In this document: piece by piece, positions 1 to 12,231 of the stretch | Layout: every line of letters starts with the position of its first letter | Position numbering within the stretch: position 1 is the first letter of the stretch | Assembly (NCBI GenBank): GCA_016748015.1 | Contig: JAAOMT010000040.1 | Coordinates: 682,001 to 746,000 of the forward strand | From: Geosiphon pyriformis uo1 | Lineage: Eukaryota; Fungi; Glomeromycota | DNA: 64,000 nt | Direction of reading: 5' to 3' | Program-made: the position numbers and the translations under genes | The notes under the pieces: generated by a model | Told to the model about the DNA's origin: nothing | Databases searched by the model: none | What the model saw: only the letters and a program-made list of their open reading frames with translations

Positions 1-1033
1 TGTTAATCTTTTTATAAGAAAATTTCAGTCAATAATTTTCATGTGAAATTGAATCCAGAACCCAGAAGCCTGAAATATTAAAATTTAACAAATGTCTCGT
101 TTGCAGAGCTGATGAGGATTTCAGTAAATTATCATGTACTGTTTCTTGAAACGTTCCATTCAAATTCTTTCTAACAGTTTTTAATATTTTAATGTTATTC
201 ATTTTCATTAAAGGTAAGAATTTTTTGAAAAAATTCCAGAATCTTTTTGATCTCTCGTTATTATTAAGATCTGTGTGTGTAAATTTAAAATTTAGAATTA
301 AGGAATTTTTCAAAAACAGGTTTGTTACAAATACATTTAAAAAAATTCTTTTTCACTCCCTATATAGCTGTGTTGACACTTTAACTAAGAGAAATGGGAT
401 CATTAATGTCAAAATGAGCTTTTTAATTGGGTAAAGATCTGCTAATGTAATGGAATTTTCTGCAATTATCAATGCACTATCTTTAAACCTCTTGATTAAA
501 TTTAAAATCATTTGGAAGGCATCTATAGGAAAAATCTTTATGGAATCGGTTTATTTCGTTCAAAGAGCATATATCGGGTTTTTTCTTTCTCGCTTATCAT
601 TTGACAAACAAGAAATGTAAGCGCGGTATATAGTATCTAATTCATCAGGAGAATTTAATTTAAAAGTACAAGCCAGAAACGTAATTTCAATCGTCAAGAT
701 GCAAGAACATTTAGCTTAAAAATAAAAAACTGGTCTCTGAGCTAATCCATTCTTGATCTTCATAATAAACAAAAAGAACAATCTAAATGACAGACTTCGA
801 TAGAGGGTGAGATTCATATTATTTATTTGGACCATTAATGAGCGGATAAGATTTTTTTAGTTAAAGCTTTGTACGATGATTCCAGGAAACGCTTCCATAT
901 CCTTTTCCTATCAATTAATTTTTCAACTCAATATGAGCGATATGAAATGTCAAAGTATTAGTCTTTGAAAAGCAGGTATGAGTCTTTGGCTAAAATCTAA
1001 CCTCTCAGGGTTGATACAGAAATAAGAGTACTG

Positions 1034-1063
1034 TATATATATATATGTATATATATATATATA
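1034..1063. repeat. (TA)n microsatellite upstream of the secreted-protein gene
   Basis: tatatatatatatgtatatatatatatata read directly; further (TA)n tracts at 1667-1686 and ~7120-7140. Confidence 0.9.
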
Positions 1064-1151
1064 AAGGACGAATTGCACGAAATGATCTTTAATCAAAGAA
1101 TTCATCCTTTAATTCACTTGTTTTTGCTAAGCTGTTTGGCAAAATAACAGG

Positions 1152-1643
1152 ATGCTTAGAAAACCAAATTGCTTCTTTTTGATCGTCTTTACCGTAATCT
1201 TAACTTTCAATTACCTTGTCTTCTCCACTCCAGTTTCAACCTCTCGCTCGCTCTTTAAACGTGTGGGTACTGGTAATGGTAATGGTAACGGAAATATAGG
1301 CGACAATTATGGGGTCAATATGCAGGGAAATAATCTGGATAACTACAACAACAATCCATCTGGATTGCTTGCTGCACAAGCAAAGGGGTATTATATCCCA
1401 GCATCAAGCCCAACTACGGAGTATTATGTCCCAGCATCAAGCCCAGCTACGGAGTATTATGTCCAAGAATCAACTCCAACTACGATCGAAAGCTCAACTC
1501 CTTATCCAACTGTCACTATACTTCCGAATAAGCCAAAAAGCAAGGGTAAAAAGAAATCAACAAAGAAGGGCAAAAAGAAGCCAAAGAAGCCAAAGAAAAA
1601 AGTTAAAAGTACAAAGAAAACAGTGCAATATATATATTATTAA
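1152..1643 (+). CDS. Small secreted protein (163 aa): signal peptide, Kex2-like KR site, GN repeats, 3x YY(I/V)PASSP-type repeats, Lys-rich tail
   Basis: Single ATG-initiated ORF; hydrophobic N-terminus FFLIVFTVILTFNYLVFS; LFKR; more GC-rich than its flanks; 33-bp in-frame tandem repeat. Confidence 0.8.
   Translation: MLRKPNCFFLIVFTVILTFNYLVFSTPVSTSRSLFKRVGTGNGNGNGNIGDNYGVNMQGNNLDNYNNNPSGLLAAQAKGYYIPASSPTTEYYVPASSPATEYYVQESTPTTIESSTPYPTVTILPNKPKSKGKKKSTKKGKKKPKKPKKKVKSTKKTVQYIYY
1388..1485 (+). repeat. 33-bp coding tandem repeat, about 3 copies
   Basis: gtattatatcccagcatcaagcccaactacgga / gtattatgtcccagcatcaagcccagctacgga / gtattatgtccaagaatcaactccaactacga. Confidence 0.9.
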
Positions 1644-2826
1644 CTTTCTCATTTGATGTATTATTCATATATATATATATATATATGTAACATTTTTTAT
1701 AATTATAGAAATTTGAATTTTTTTTATCGACATTCCCTTGATTGAAAGGGCTGAAGTTGGGTTTACATTTCAATCTATTTAGAAAAAAAACCAGTCTCTT
1801 CTAGCTTAATTCAAATCTTTGTAAAGAATAAATTTCGAAAATAAAATTTTGACTTTGGTTTTAAAATTATTTTATAAAAGAATAAAACAAGTGCATATTT
1901 TTTGTTTATTACTTGTTTGTAATCCAAACAAGTTTGACAACTTTTTAGCGAATTAGGCTAAAGCACTCGATCTTTGTATAATCATACAACACTGCTCAAC
2001 TTATTATTATTATCCGAGTAGATTTAATTAATGCTAATTCTATTTCCAGCAAAAATTCTGTTTAATCAATTAAAGAATCCTTATTAAATTTTATCGCTTG
2101 TTAAAGGTATATGTATATTATTAACGATTTGTAAATGGAGTAAAATTTGTTCAGTAGTGACATATTTTCTTTCTTTCTTTCTTTCTTTCCTTCCTTCATA
2201 ACTATAAATTTAGTGCAAATGAACGACACCAAATGATTTGTATTTTATGTTAAAGCCTTGAAAAAAAAGCAAATTTTCTTTCATTTATTCTTTATAATTT
2301 GCCTGTTATTCAGGGAGCCACTCCCATTCCGACAACCCCATGATCAATCTATTCAGAGTAGTTGTCTGGTGCAACATGCAAAGTGTAAATCACCCAACAC
2401 AAATAGGAGGAAGTTGTCACCACATGTGAGAACCGATTTCTCACACGATGACAGCCATTCCAGACGAAATATTGGATGAAAGTGAAGCCAAGACAGAAGA
2501 TGATGAAGGTATTTTTTTTACTATTCTTCCCAACAAACTTCGTGGGTTTTTTTCATCATTCAAACCAAGTTTTTGCAAATTGAGTCAAATTTTCATATCA
2601 TAGGCGCGCCCCTATTCCCATTGAAATCCAAAAATAACCAAGTAACAATTCCTCCGCAAACACAATTTTCCTTCTTATATCGAGTTAATATAGTCTTGTT
2701 TTGTATTCTATTATTTCAATTTTTCTTCGTCTGGTACAAAAGGACTGATGCTTCATCAAAGGTAATTTACGAACATGCCTCAACATTTTAGTTTGTATTT
2801 TAATCGTTTGATTCTTTCATTGCCAG

Positions 2827-3594
2827 AACCTAGAATTGTCTTCAGATAGTCAAGTTGAACGGATAATGTCAAAAATTTTGGACAGCTTTCTGGACAAAAA
2901 GATTGACGAGAGATTGCAGAAATACTTGCTTCAAACTTCAGTGACAAAAACTGAAAAGTTAAAAAATGACGAACTAGAATTGACCTTAAATGATCAGCAG
3001 CAAGTTCCAGAAATGGAAACGAGTGGTGATAATGCTAATGGTTATCCTTATGCTGCTTTTTCAGAAGAAGCGTCCTCATTGGAGCCAACTACTTTAGCAA
3101 ATTTTCAACGCTCTGAGGCAGTAGGTGCAACGGGATGTGAACCATTTGAAGTTTACTTTAATCAATACCTGGGAATCTTTGGATTGGACCCACCAAATCA
3201 GAAAAAGCAATTGGAACCTCATTTTACGACAATATCTACATTTTTTGGTGAGAAAATTAGTCATTTGACCTTTATATGGCCCAATTTCAGATCTGTGACA
3301 TATGGGGGCCGACGGTTAACAGATCAATATGTTTGGACAAAAGATTTTACATTTGAACCTGGTGAAAAAGTTTTATCGTTGAATGTTGACTATGACGAGA
3401 AACGCGTGCATGGAATTATGTTTCGCACAACTTTTGGCAGAGCCTCTGGAAATACGGGTGTACTTGACAGAGATAGAAAAACTTTTCGTGCTCCTAAAGG
3501 ACATGAGATTGTTGGACTTTATGGTGGTGCGACGGATCATATATGCAGTCTAGGGATAATTTATTCACGTTTTATGATTAAAAAGGTAGATTGA
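2827..3594 (+). CDS. Jacalin-like (beta-prism) lectin domain protein, main exon; probable upstream exons at about 2448-2508 and 2604-2761
   Basis: FTFEPGEKVLSLNV...VHGIMFRTTFGR...FRAPKGHEIVGLYGGATDHICSLGIIY matches the jacalin fold pattern; cag acceptor ending 2826 is in frame; the 5' structure is uncertain (alternative ATG at 2866). Confidence 0.8.
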   Translation, partial: NLELSSDSQVERIMSKILDSFLDKKIDERLQKYLLQTSVTKTEKLKNDELELTLNDQQQVPEMETSGDNANGYPYAAFSEEASSLEPTTLANFQRSEAVGATGCEPFEVYFNQYLGIFGLDPPNQKKQLEPHFTTISTFFGEKISHLTFIWPNFRSVTYGGRRLTDQYVWTKDFTFEPGEKVLSLNVDYDEKRVHGIMFRTTFGRASGNTGVLDRDRKTFRAPKGHEIVGLYGGATDHICSLGIIYSRFMIKKVD

Positions 3595-5033
3595 TTTATT
3601 GGCCATTGAAAAATTTTAATTGATTTTTTGCTTTTCAAATTTTTTAAATTTATACCGAATTTAACTAAAACTTTTTAGTGAACATCATCATTTTCAGTCA
3701 GTGTCCTGAGTGTCGAAAAAACTTTTATACCTAAATTTAAGGGAGAAGGATTTTTAAACTGTGCGTAGGGTGTTTGACGTCGAAAATATTGATAACCTTT
3801 TTAAATCAAAAAAGATACTAATTTGACTTTAAATTCGTAGCTCTAAACAATTCTGTTTCTTAACAATAGCTCAATTGGTTTGACCATAAGTATTATAATA
3901 TGGTGGTGCTTTACTCCATGAAATGAAGCTAAAAAGATTTTTACTTTTTAAAAATATCAAAATATTTATCCAGATCATATGAAAAAATTATAATAACAGT
4001 GTAGAATCTAGCCCGGTTGTGGATCGAAAATATAGTTCATAAGAACCCTTTTGAATCATAAAAACTCATTGCCTTCTGCTCCACATGAGATCTGTGAATC
4101 TGATTTTTTTGATTAATTTGTATTTTATTCATAATAGAAATGTGTCCAAAGAAAACACTCTATATTGCTAATAAAAACACTATCACTCATCTTTTTACAT
4201 GGACAATTTTTTGAACCTGAAAAAGGTCAAGAAGGTCGGTGGTCACAAATGGGAATTTTTTTTTCTTGGCCTTACTATTATTGATTTATTGATTGAATAA
4301 CCATTTGCAAATTTATAAAGCATTTGATGAGAAAAGAATATTCAAATATAAATGGGTTACAAAATAAGGTACATCTATAGCTTGGGAACTTTATCAAAAA
4401 TTTTATGTTTCACAATTAGCGGTTTTCAGAATTTTCAATTCAAACGTTATTTGAAAGACACTCGTTTTGAGTTTTGTTAGATTAATATTTTTTACTTGGG
4501 TGGTTTTAAAACCTACTTGAGTAGAGATTTATCCCCGGTAGAACATATATTTTTGAAATAGTCCTTTGAAATTCGATATTTGATTAAGAATGAAAATTAA
4601 TCCAACAAAAACTCAAAATCGGGTGAAATTTTACAATTTTTGAAAAAAAGGTATCATTAAATTTGAAAATTTCCAAAGATTCTATGCAAAACTAAAAAGC
4701 GTACAAAATATCGGAACAAAAGATTATATTAAAGAAAACTAATAGCTTTCAGTAAATTGATCAAGTTCACAATTTTCCAAGTATTCAACAATATTTCGTT
4801 TTATGGTAATTTAAATGAAAAATATTAAGGACCCAAAAATCTTTATTTAATTGGATTATATTTGTTTGTTTCAAAAATGGTTGTAAATCTCATAAAAAGA
4901 GTCTTATTGCTTGAACAAATTTTTCTTACCAAATAATTTTTCATTTATGCTAAAGTCCTACGAGATTATTTACAGCTGCTAGATACTTTAAAACTCATCC
5001 CCAAACTATTATTTAAAAAGTTTAGTTATCAGA

Positions 5034-6398
5034 ATGCCCTTAAAATCAACACTTTATATTAAAAGGCAATTAGAAAGTCGTATATTTCAGTTCTACTTTA
5101 TCGCTTTTCTTTTTGTATTCAAGTTCACCTTGGTAATAAGACAATGGAGCTTCTCCCAACATTCTGACAATCTTCCAGTAACGGATCTTTCAAGGCTTGC
5201 TCGAGCAGAAAATAATTCCCATGAAAATCCTATGATCCAACAATTAAAAGTTTTAACAGAGCTAAATTTGGAAAGCGAAGAAAAATTTTTAACCGAAAAA
5301 AATATCTCACAACCATTAAATTTCTTAAATTTTAACAAAAGAAATTTTAAAATCTCTCTTTCTAAAGGATTAAATGGTGGGGAAATTAATTTTTTGAAAC
5401 AATTCACAACTTTGACTATGACTTCTTATTGTCTTACTGAAACGCAAGCTATTGGACCAGGAATCTATGGTAGTTTTATTTGAAAATTAGCAGGTGCAAT
5501 TTTCCTTTACTAATTTTGTCGTGACAGAATGGTTTCAAATCTTTTGCAGCGGGCATTTTTTTTGTTGAGAAAACTGTAATTATCGCTGTAAGAGGGGAAC
5601 CATTAGGAAATGAGGAATATTGGGGAAATAGGCAAAATATCTTGGTTCCTTATCCTGGGATCGCTGGGGCAAAAATCGACTATGAGTTTAAGAGTCGTTT
5701 TGAGAGCATAAAACCGAAATTTATAGAGTTTTATGATACTCAACTTAAAAATAAAAATATTGAACATGTTATCGGAGTTGGACATGGTTCGGGTGGTGGT
5801 AAGAAGCTTATGGAATTTTCTAAAATTAAAATGAATTTAAATTTTTTCAATTTAAGTACTAAATCGCATTAATTTTGAAAATTTTAGTTTATGTTTTGCT
5901 TGGAATGCTAGAATTAATAGCGCTCAACGTTAAACAAAATTTAAAAGTGTTTACTTTAGGACAACCTCGTTTTGGCAATCGCCAATTTGCACATTATTTG
6001 AATTCACTCCCCAAGATCAAGATTAGAATTTTTCGGATCACTAATATGGATGATTATGTTCCAAGGCTACCATTGAGTACTTCCAACTCATTTTACACCC
6101 ACACGCTTCTGGAAAATTGGATTGAGGCAGATGATTGCTTGTGTGCTACCGGAAAGGTATTCGCTTGTGCGGGGCCACAATCAGGGCTAGATAATTTTGT
6201 CGAAGAGAGCTCGGTAAATACTTCTTAAGGTTTCCTTAAAATTTAAAGGATTACTTATTTTAATCATCTCATTTTCACCTTTGTTTATAGCAATGTAACA
6301 ACAAATACTCAACCAAGAATTATGTTGCGCATATTGGTCCTTACTTTGGGATGACGATGCAATGTCCTCCTAGACAATTTCCATGGCTGACTATCTAA
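5034..6398 (+). CDS. Lipase class 3 fold protein 1, nucleophile Ser replaced (GHGSGG); exons 5034-5469, 5550-5798, 5888-6213, 6291-6398
   Basis: GT-AG introns join in frame; motifs SYC, VIIAVRG, GHGSGG, FTLGQPRFGN, RITNMDDYVPRLP, YTHTLLENWI, CNNK, AHIGPYFG; N-terminal hydrophobic segment. Confidence 0.9.
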
Positions 6399-8164
6399 GA
6401 TGGAAATATTATAACTCCTAAAAAATTTTAAATGAAATAAAATATAGAATAAATGGTATAAACTTTTCTCTCACTTGTATTCAAATTGCTAATTTCCCTT
6501 ATTAGTTTTCGTATTTACTAAATTAGAATAATCAAATCAAATATATTCACGAAAAGTGTTAAGATATTAATTATCGCTTTATCTACAAATAACGTATCCA
6601 TATTTTATAATATTATGAATAATAATCAAAAATCTAATATTAATCCTAATAAATATGTTCTGTTATTAATCGTGAATATTTCAAATTGGAAACTTTGGCT
6701 CAAGTTTCAAGATTTTAATTAATACATTGAACCTCTAGATTTTATTCATTTAACTTCAAATCATTATCGATGTAATATTATTATGTAATATATTTATAAA
6801 ATCCATGGCGTAAAGAGATTAAAAATTGAAAGTTTTCCGTTAAATTTCTTTGGTGACATTCTATGTACAATTGCATAAAGAAAACTTTTCTGTATCCATA
6901 AAAAACACATGGATACTAAAAAAATATCTGATTGGCCAAATTTTCACGATACATTCAAATAGTAGAAAAATTAACAGAATAACTGTACTACAATTTTTTT
7001 TGTGATTTGAGGTGCTATTACAATATAAATATCAAGAGCTCTAATCTAAAGATTTTTGTTTGCAAAAAAAATTGATTCAAAATTCCAAAACATAAATCGG
7101 TTTTCCTAAATTAATTATGAATATATATATATATATATATGCAAAATTAGAAAATTATCGTATTAATTCAAAAAAAAATTTGAACTCACTTGTTTTTTTT
7201 GTTTTTTTTTAACTTGAAAGCTTGAATAATATGAATTGGAATAAAACATGAAAATACTTAATATAAAAATTTTTGAAAATTAAAAGTTGTTAATTAATTG
7301 AAAATTACAATATTTGATTCATTAATGTAGTAAATATATATTGTTGCAAATAAATTATTTCTAGTTGATCAAATTATCAAAATTCATTAAATATTATTTT
7401 TGGTTTTTTAATTTTGTGAAAAAACTTTAAAAATCAAATAATATATTAAATCAATGCATTTAGAAATTTTTTGTCAATATTAAAGTAATAAATGAGATTA
7501 TTTGAGGGTACATTCAAATTTTCATCTTTTTACCAAATAAAGTATGAAATTTAAACGATTACTTGAAAAAAAAACTTGTTAAGTGTTAAGAAATTTTAAT
7601 TCCATAAATCTTTTTTATTTTCAAATATTTCTTTGAGATAAAATTTCAAAAATATAAAAAAAAATTTTCAAATTTTTTTTTTCCAAATATTTTTTAGATA
7701 TCAAATGCGTGAATTGTAGCCACTTATACAAGTATTTAATCTCAGTTCAAAAAAATTATATTTATTTATTTATTTACAGGATTTGATATTAAAAACAATT
7801 TTCGGTCCTATAAATGACTTTGATCGCAAAAAAGATTAACAGAATTAGTTAGCGTTTTTAATAATTTCAAAGAAATATTTTCACGAAATTTTAAATTCTC
7901 TTTTTTGGAATTTCTTAATATAAAAATAAATTTAGTCTAAATTTTTGATGCATAGCGAATGTTACATAATTATGATTTACGAATAATTTGAATGCAAAAT
8001 AAAATGGAATTTTGAAGGGGTTCAATAAGGGGTTCAATAGTTTGTATATATAGTAAAAGCTCATATCTTTAAAATTTGTCTGAAAAATATATTGTTTGTC
8101 CAAAGTTTCCTTTTAATTCAAAGGCTTAACGATTCATTGAATTAATCCAAGAGGGTTCAAGATT

Positions 8165-9522
8165 TTAAGGGAACAAACAAGACCAACTCATCAACTCATT
8201 GCAGGCCTTCTTTGGATCAACCTTATTCCAAACCACAACCCTCTTTAACTGTGCAAAATTAGCATCAATCACCGGCTGAACCATCGCTCCAGTGACGTTA
8301 ATACAATCCAAAATTTCAATAGAAACTAATTCTCTGCATTTTGCTATCGCAGTCCAAGGTTCACAACCACGAAAATCACAGTGAACAAACTTCAAATGTT
8401 GAATAGTGTGAGATTGGCTATAGACACCGCATAAAATGCTGCTCAGGTAGCCGGCACATTCTTTCAAAGTGAGAGATTCTAGATGATGTTGGGATTCTAT
8501 CACGGTTACGAAATCAGTCATGTGTTTAGGGGACGAGTCACCTTGCCAATTTCGTGCTCGTGGTAAATCAACCAATTCCATCTTTCTCTAAAAATTGTTT
8601 GATTATTGGGAATGAAAAAAGATTCAATGTAATGCAAGTTAATAGAATCAAATTGAATTCTAGTAAAAATTACTCACCACATTTCGAAAATTTGAGGCAA
8701 AAATTCCAAATAATTTGGTGCAACCTCCTAAATTTGCTTCAATTACCAGCTGTTCCACGGGTCTCAACAAGGCATTAAATTCTGCATCTTCCAAAATTTC
8801 AAAATACATTTCGTCAAAGCTGAAACTCATTGGGGCAAATCTAAGCCATGACAAAGTGCCACAATGATTCGAAAATAATTTCAACAAAGCCCTAATCACG
8901 AGTTTCACCTCTTCACTTGGGACATAAGTATAATGACTTTGGGAATAGACTGTCCAAACCGATTCCAACATCACACCATAATCTAAACATTTTAAAAAGG
9001 AAGCGTATATAAAAGTCGGTGAATGTTGTGGTTCGGGTAATATGATTCCTTTTTCCAGTAACAAACGCCTTTGATCACGATCTAACATTGTTAAATAAAG
9101 TCTACAAAGTTGACAGCGATCATAGGCTAGTTCAGTGACCCTGAAGTTATAAAGTCTATGAAGCCTCCATGGATGTTTATATAAAACTTGAACCGCTGAG
9201 TCACACCAAAGTTTATTCACAAGCAGGCAACTAAAAAGGCTTGGATATGCTTCAAGATTAAATAAAATATCGTCTTCAGATGGCTTAGTTAATAAATCGA
9301 AGATTTGAAGTAGAATATCAGGGATTAAGTTCGGTGCTGATTTACGATGAGTTCGTATTAAATGTAATGATCTCTTGAATTTTGAACTGAGTTGGGTTTT
9401 AATAAAATATTTTTTTTTTCAGCTCAAACATTCGAAATTTTCAAAGCTTAGAAAAACAGTAATAATACAACTCACGTTGACGAAATGGCTTGAGCAGCAC
9501 CTTTGATTCTTCTTCGAAACAT
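8165..9522 (-). CDS. F-box / RNI-like LRR protein; exons 9522-9476, 9386-8678, 8587-8165
   Basis: F-box LIPDILLQIF...LFSCLLVNKLWC, then YASFLKCLDY and LRR-like LESLTL / IQHLKF / LVSIEI repeats; both introns GT-AG and in frame. Confidence 0.9.
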
Positions 9523-12231
9523 TTTTCCAAGTACAAAAAAAAGAATGAAAATTAATTAAAACAGCAAAGTGGTAGGTAAAGGAATAAAGGAATAAAGGCA
9601 ATAACAATAATTTTTGAACAGGGTTGCAGGCTTTTAATTAAAATGCAGCAAGCAGATTATGTCCAGATGATATTACGAATATTGGACAAACGTAATTATT
9701 AATTGATTGTGCAAAGTGCTTGCATATATGAGCCCAACGATATTGAGAATGTTAATGTAACTGCTATTTATAAATACTTCATATTTTTGGAAGCAATATT
9801 TGACCTATTCTAAAGTTAACTGTGGCTGAATATTGAATTTGAAAGATTTGTCACCTAAACAAATGGTTTTTATGTCACCATGTTTCATAAACATTAATTC
9901 TTTCAGCAGAAATTGGAACAATAATTGTTAAGCTTATTTTTATTACTGTCACAAATCGAAATAAACTGATAAAAAACAAGGACAAGAATAAATATTTTAA
10001 TTTTGGATAAACTAAAAATTCTGTTATTAGAAAAAAGTTTATAAATATATAGTTATTGATAAATTAAAATATAATATAAAAATTATGTTTAAACATTTAA
10101 TGTAATAAATAAAAATCACATTGATTGTAATTAATTATATTTATATGATTCAAAATTGTAATCATATAATTAAAATGTCATTTTTAACATAAATAGAAAG
10201 ATATAATAATAATGTAATTTGAAGAATATATATTAAAAATATAATATAAATTAAATAATAATAATAATATAATTGCTAAAATAATAGTAATTTTAAATCA
10301 ATATTGGTTTTTCAATGAACTTATTTTATTTAAATAAAATTTAGTTAAATTTTTATGATTGCATTATTATTGTTATGTTTAAAAAAATTTATTAATTATA
10401 TTTTTAACCTGATTATTATTCTGATTATTGACTTGATTATTTATTTGATTATTATTCAATTTTTTGGTTTTTTTAATTACTTAATATTTATTTTAAATTA
10501 TTTATATGAATTTTTTTATCAGTCTGTAATAATAACATTAAAATTTTAATTCAAAAGCATCAATTTATTTTATACTTTATATTTTTGAAATATTAATATT
10601 ATTAAATCTTAATATTACTGTAATATATATAAATTAAATGTTAATATTTTGGTTTTCAACTATTTTTTTTGGTAGTTAACATTATTAAACCTTAAAATAT
10701 TATTCAAGCACTTTTAAAAAGACAAGATTATATTATTATTTTAAAATTTCAAAACAAAATTTTAAGTTTTTATTTTTAAATTTACAAATATTACGAAATA
10801 TGTATAAGCTTTAGTTTTTTTGATAAAAAATAAATTTTAAGATAAATATTATATTCATAGAAATAACAAAATTTGAATTTATTAATATTTTATTTTTCTA
10901 TTATAAATATCTTAAAATCTACTTAAAAAATTATTGGTATTAATTTTAATGTTCTAAGATATTAAAGTATGTATTATAATTAATAGCATCTGCATTTTCA
11001 AAATTAAATTATAGAGTTTCGTTATCTTTGATATATCTAGATTGTCTAAAATATTGAAAAGTAACTATTTAACAGTACTTTTTATTCTTTCACAAAATGC
11101 AGCTGTTATAAGTTAATTGGGTTGTTATTTTAAATTAAAATACATATTTAATTAATAAATGATTTGTTTTTGTAATTATTTTTTTAAAAATAAAAGCTTT
11201 TAAAGAGCTTGTACATAACTTCATTATTACAATTAATATAAAAGCGTTATTATAAAATTAAGAAGAAAGCTATTATTTGTTATAATTATATATTTTTAAA
11301 ATTTTGATTATATATTAAAACAATTATATTTAAAATTGCACAATTTATTGTTATTTACCAAACTTTAATTTTTTTTTATTGTAAGAAATTAATTTAAATT
11401 AAAAATTGGCTTAGCAGTTAAAAAACAATAAACATTTACTTTAAATATATTTTGAGTTTTTTTTGTTAATAAAATTGTTAAATTGTATTATTTTTTTAAT
11501 TGTAATTATTAATTTTATTATTTATAAATTTTATTATTGTTTAAATTAGTAGTTGGATCACACCGTTTAAGAAATAAATTTTTTTTACAATAAAAATATT
11601 GTTAAAAAATTAAACTTAATTGTTTTTACAAAATTTATACTTTTATTTATTTTTTATATTTTTATCAAAAAAAATTAATAATATTTTAAAGTTATAAATT
11701 TTTTAAATAAAAGAACTTTTTAAAAATTATTTATTGATATATATAATTATTGATTTTATTGATTTTTGAATTTTTGAGTTTTTTTATTGCCATTTTGTAG
11801 ATTTTTAAAAAAAAATTGGTCGTAATATTTTTTTATCAATATATAATTAAAGTATTAAATAAAATAAAAATTAATAACTTTTCAAAATTTAAAATTTATT
11901 ATAAAATTATATTCATTTACATCATTTTATTTTTTATTATTATATTGTAATTAAAATAATATATGAAAATTATTTTATATTATTACAATAGATTTTCTAA
12001 ATTATTTCGAATTTTGAATTTAAAAAATAATATTGGTACCATATTTAGTGTTTTTAGTATTAGTTTGTTTTAAAACATAAGATTGGCTAGTACTCTGAAA
12101 AAAATTCCCAAATGTGACAATAAGATAATCAGCATGTTTATTTTAATACTATCTAATTTGAATTAGTCACATCGGTGCCCTGATTTTATTAAAAACTTGG
12201 ATGTTTGTTTCAGTTTTCTTGGTCTTTCGAG

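Noticed and set aside
1-520. Minus-strand ORF pieces resembling a lipase-fold pro-region (29-313 and an upstream hydrophobic ORF)
   Set aside because: No conserved motif inside the window and stops interrupt the frames; the upstream sequence is needed
1388-1485. Repeat as a CRISPR array or dikaritin RiPP precursor
   Set aside because: No spacers and the context is eukaryotic; units are not separated by Kex2 sites and no DUF3328-type gene is seen nearby
1309-1656. 115-aa ORF overlapping the secreted-protein gene
   Set aside because: Alternative frame kept open by the repeat; no independent features
10355-10549. Hydrophobic I/L/F/N/K-rich ORFs here and at 20501, 24614, 25252, 50485, 60222 and 61632
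   Set aside because: Compositional artefacts of very AT-rich DNA; not mitochondrial genes as far as I can recognise
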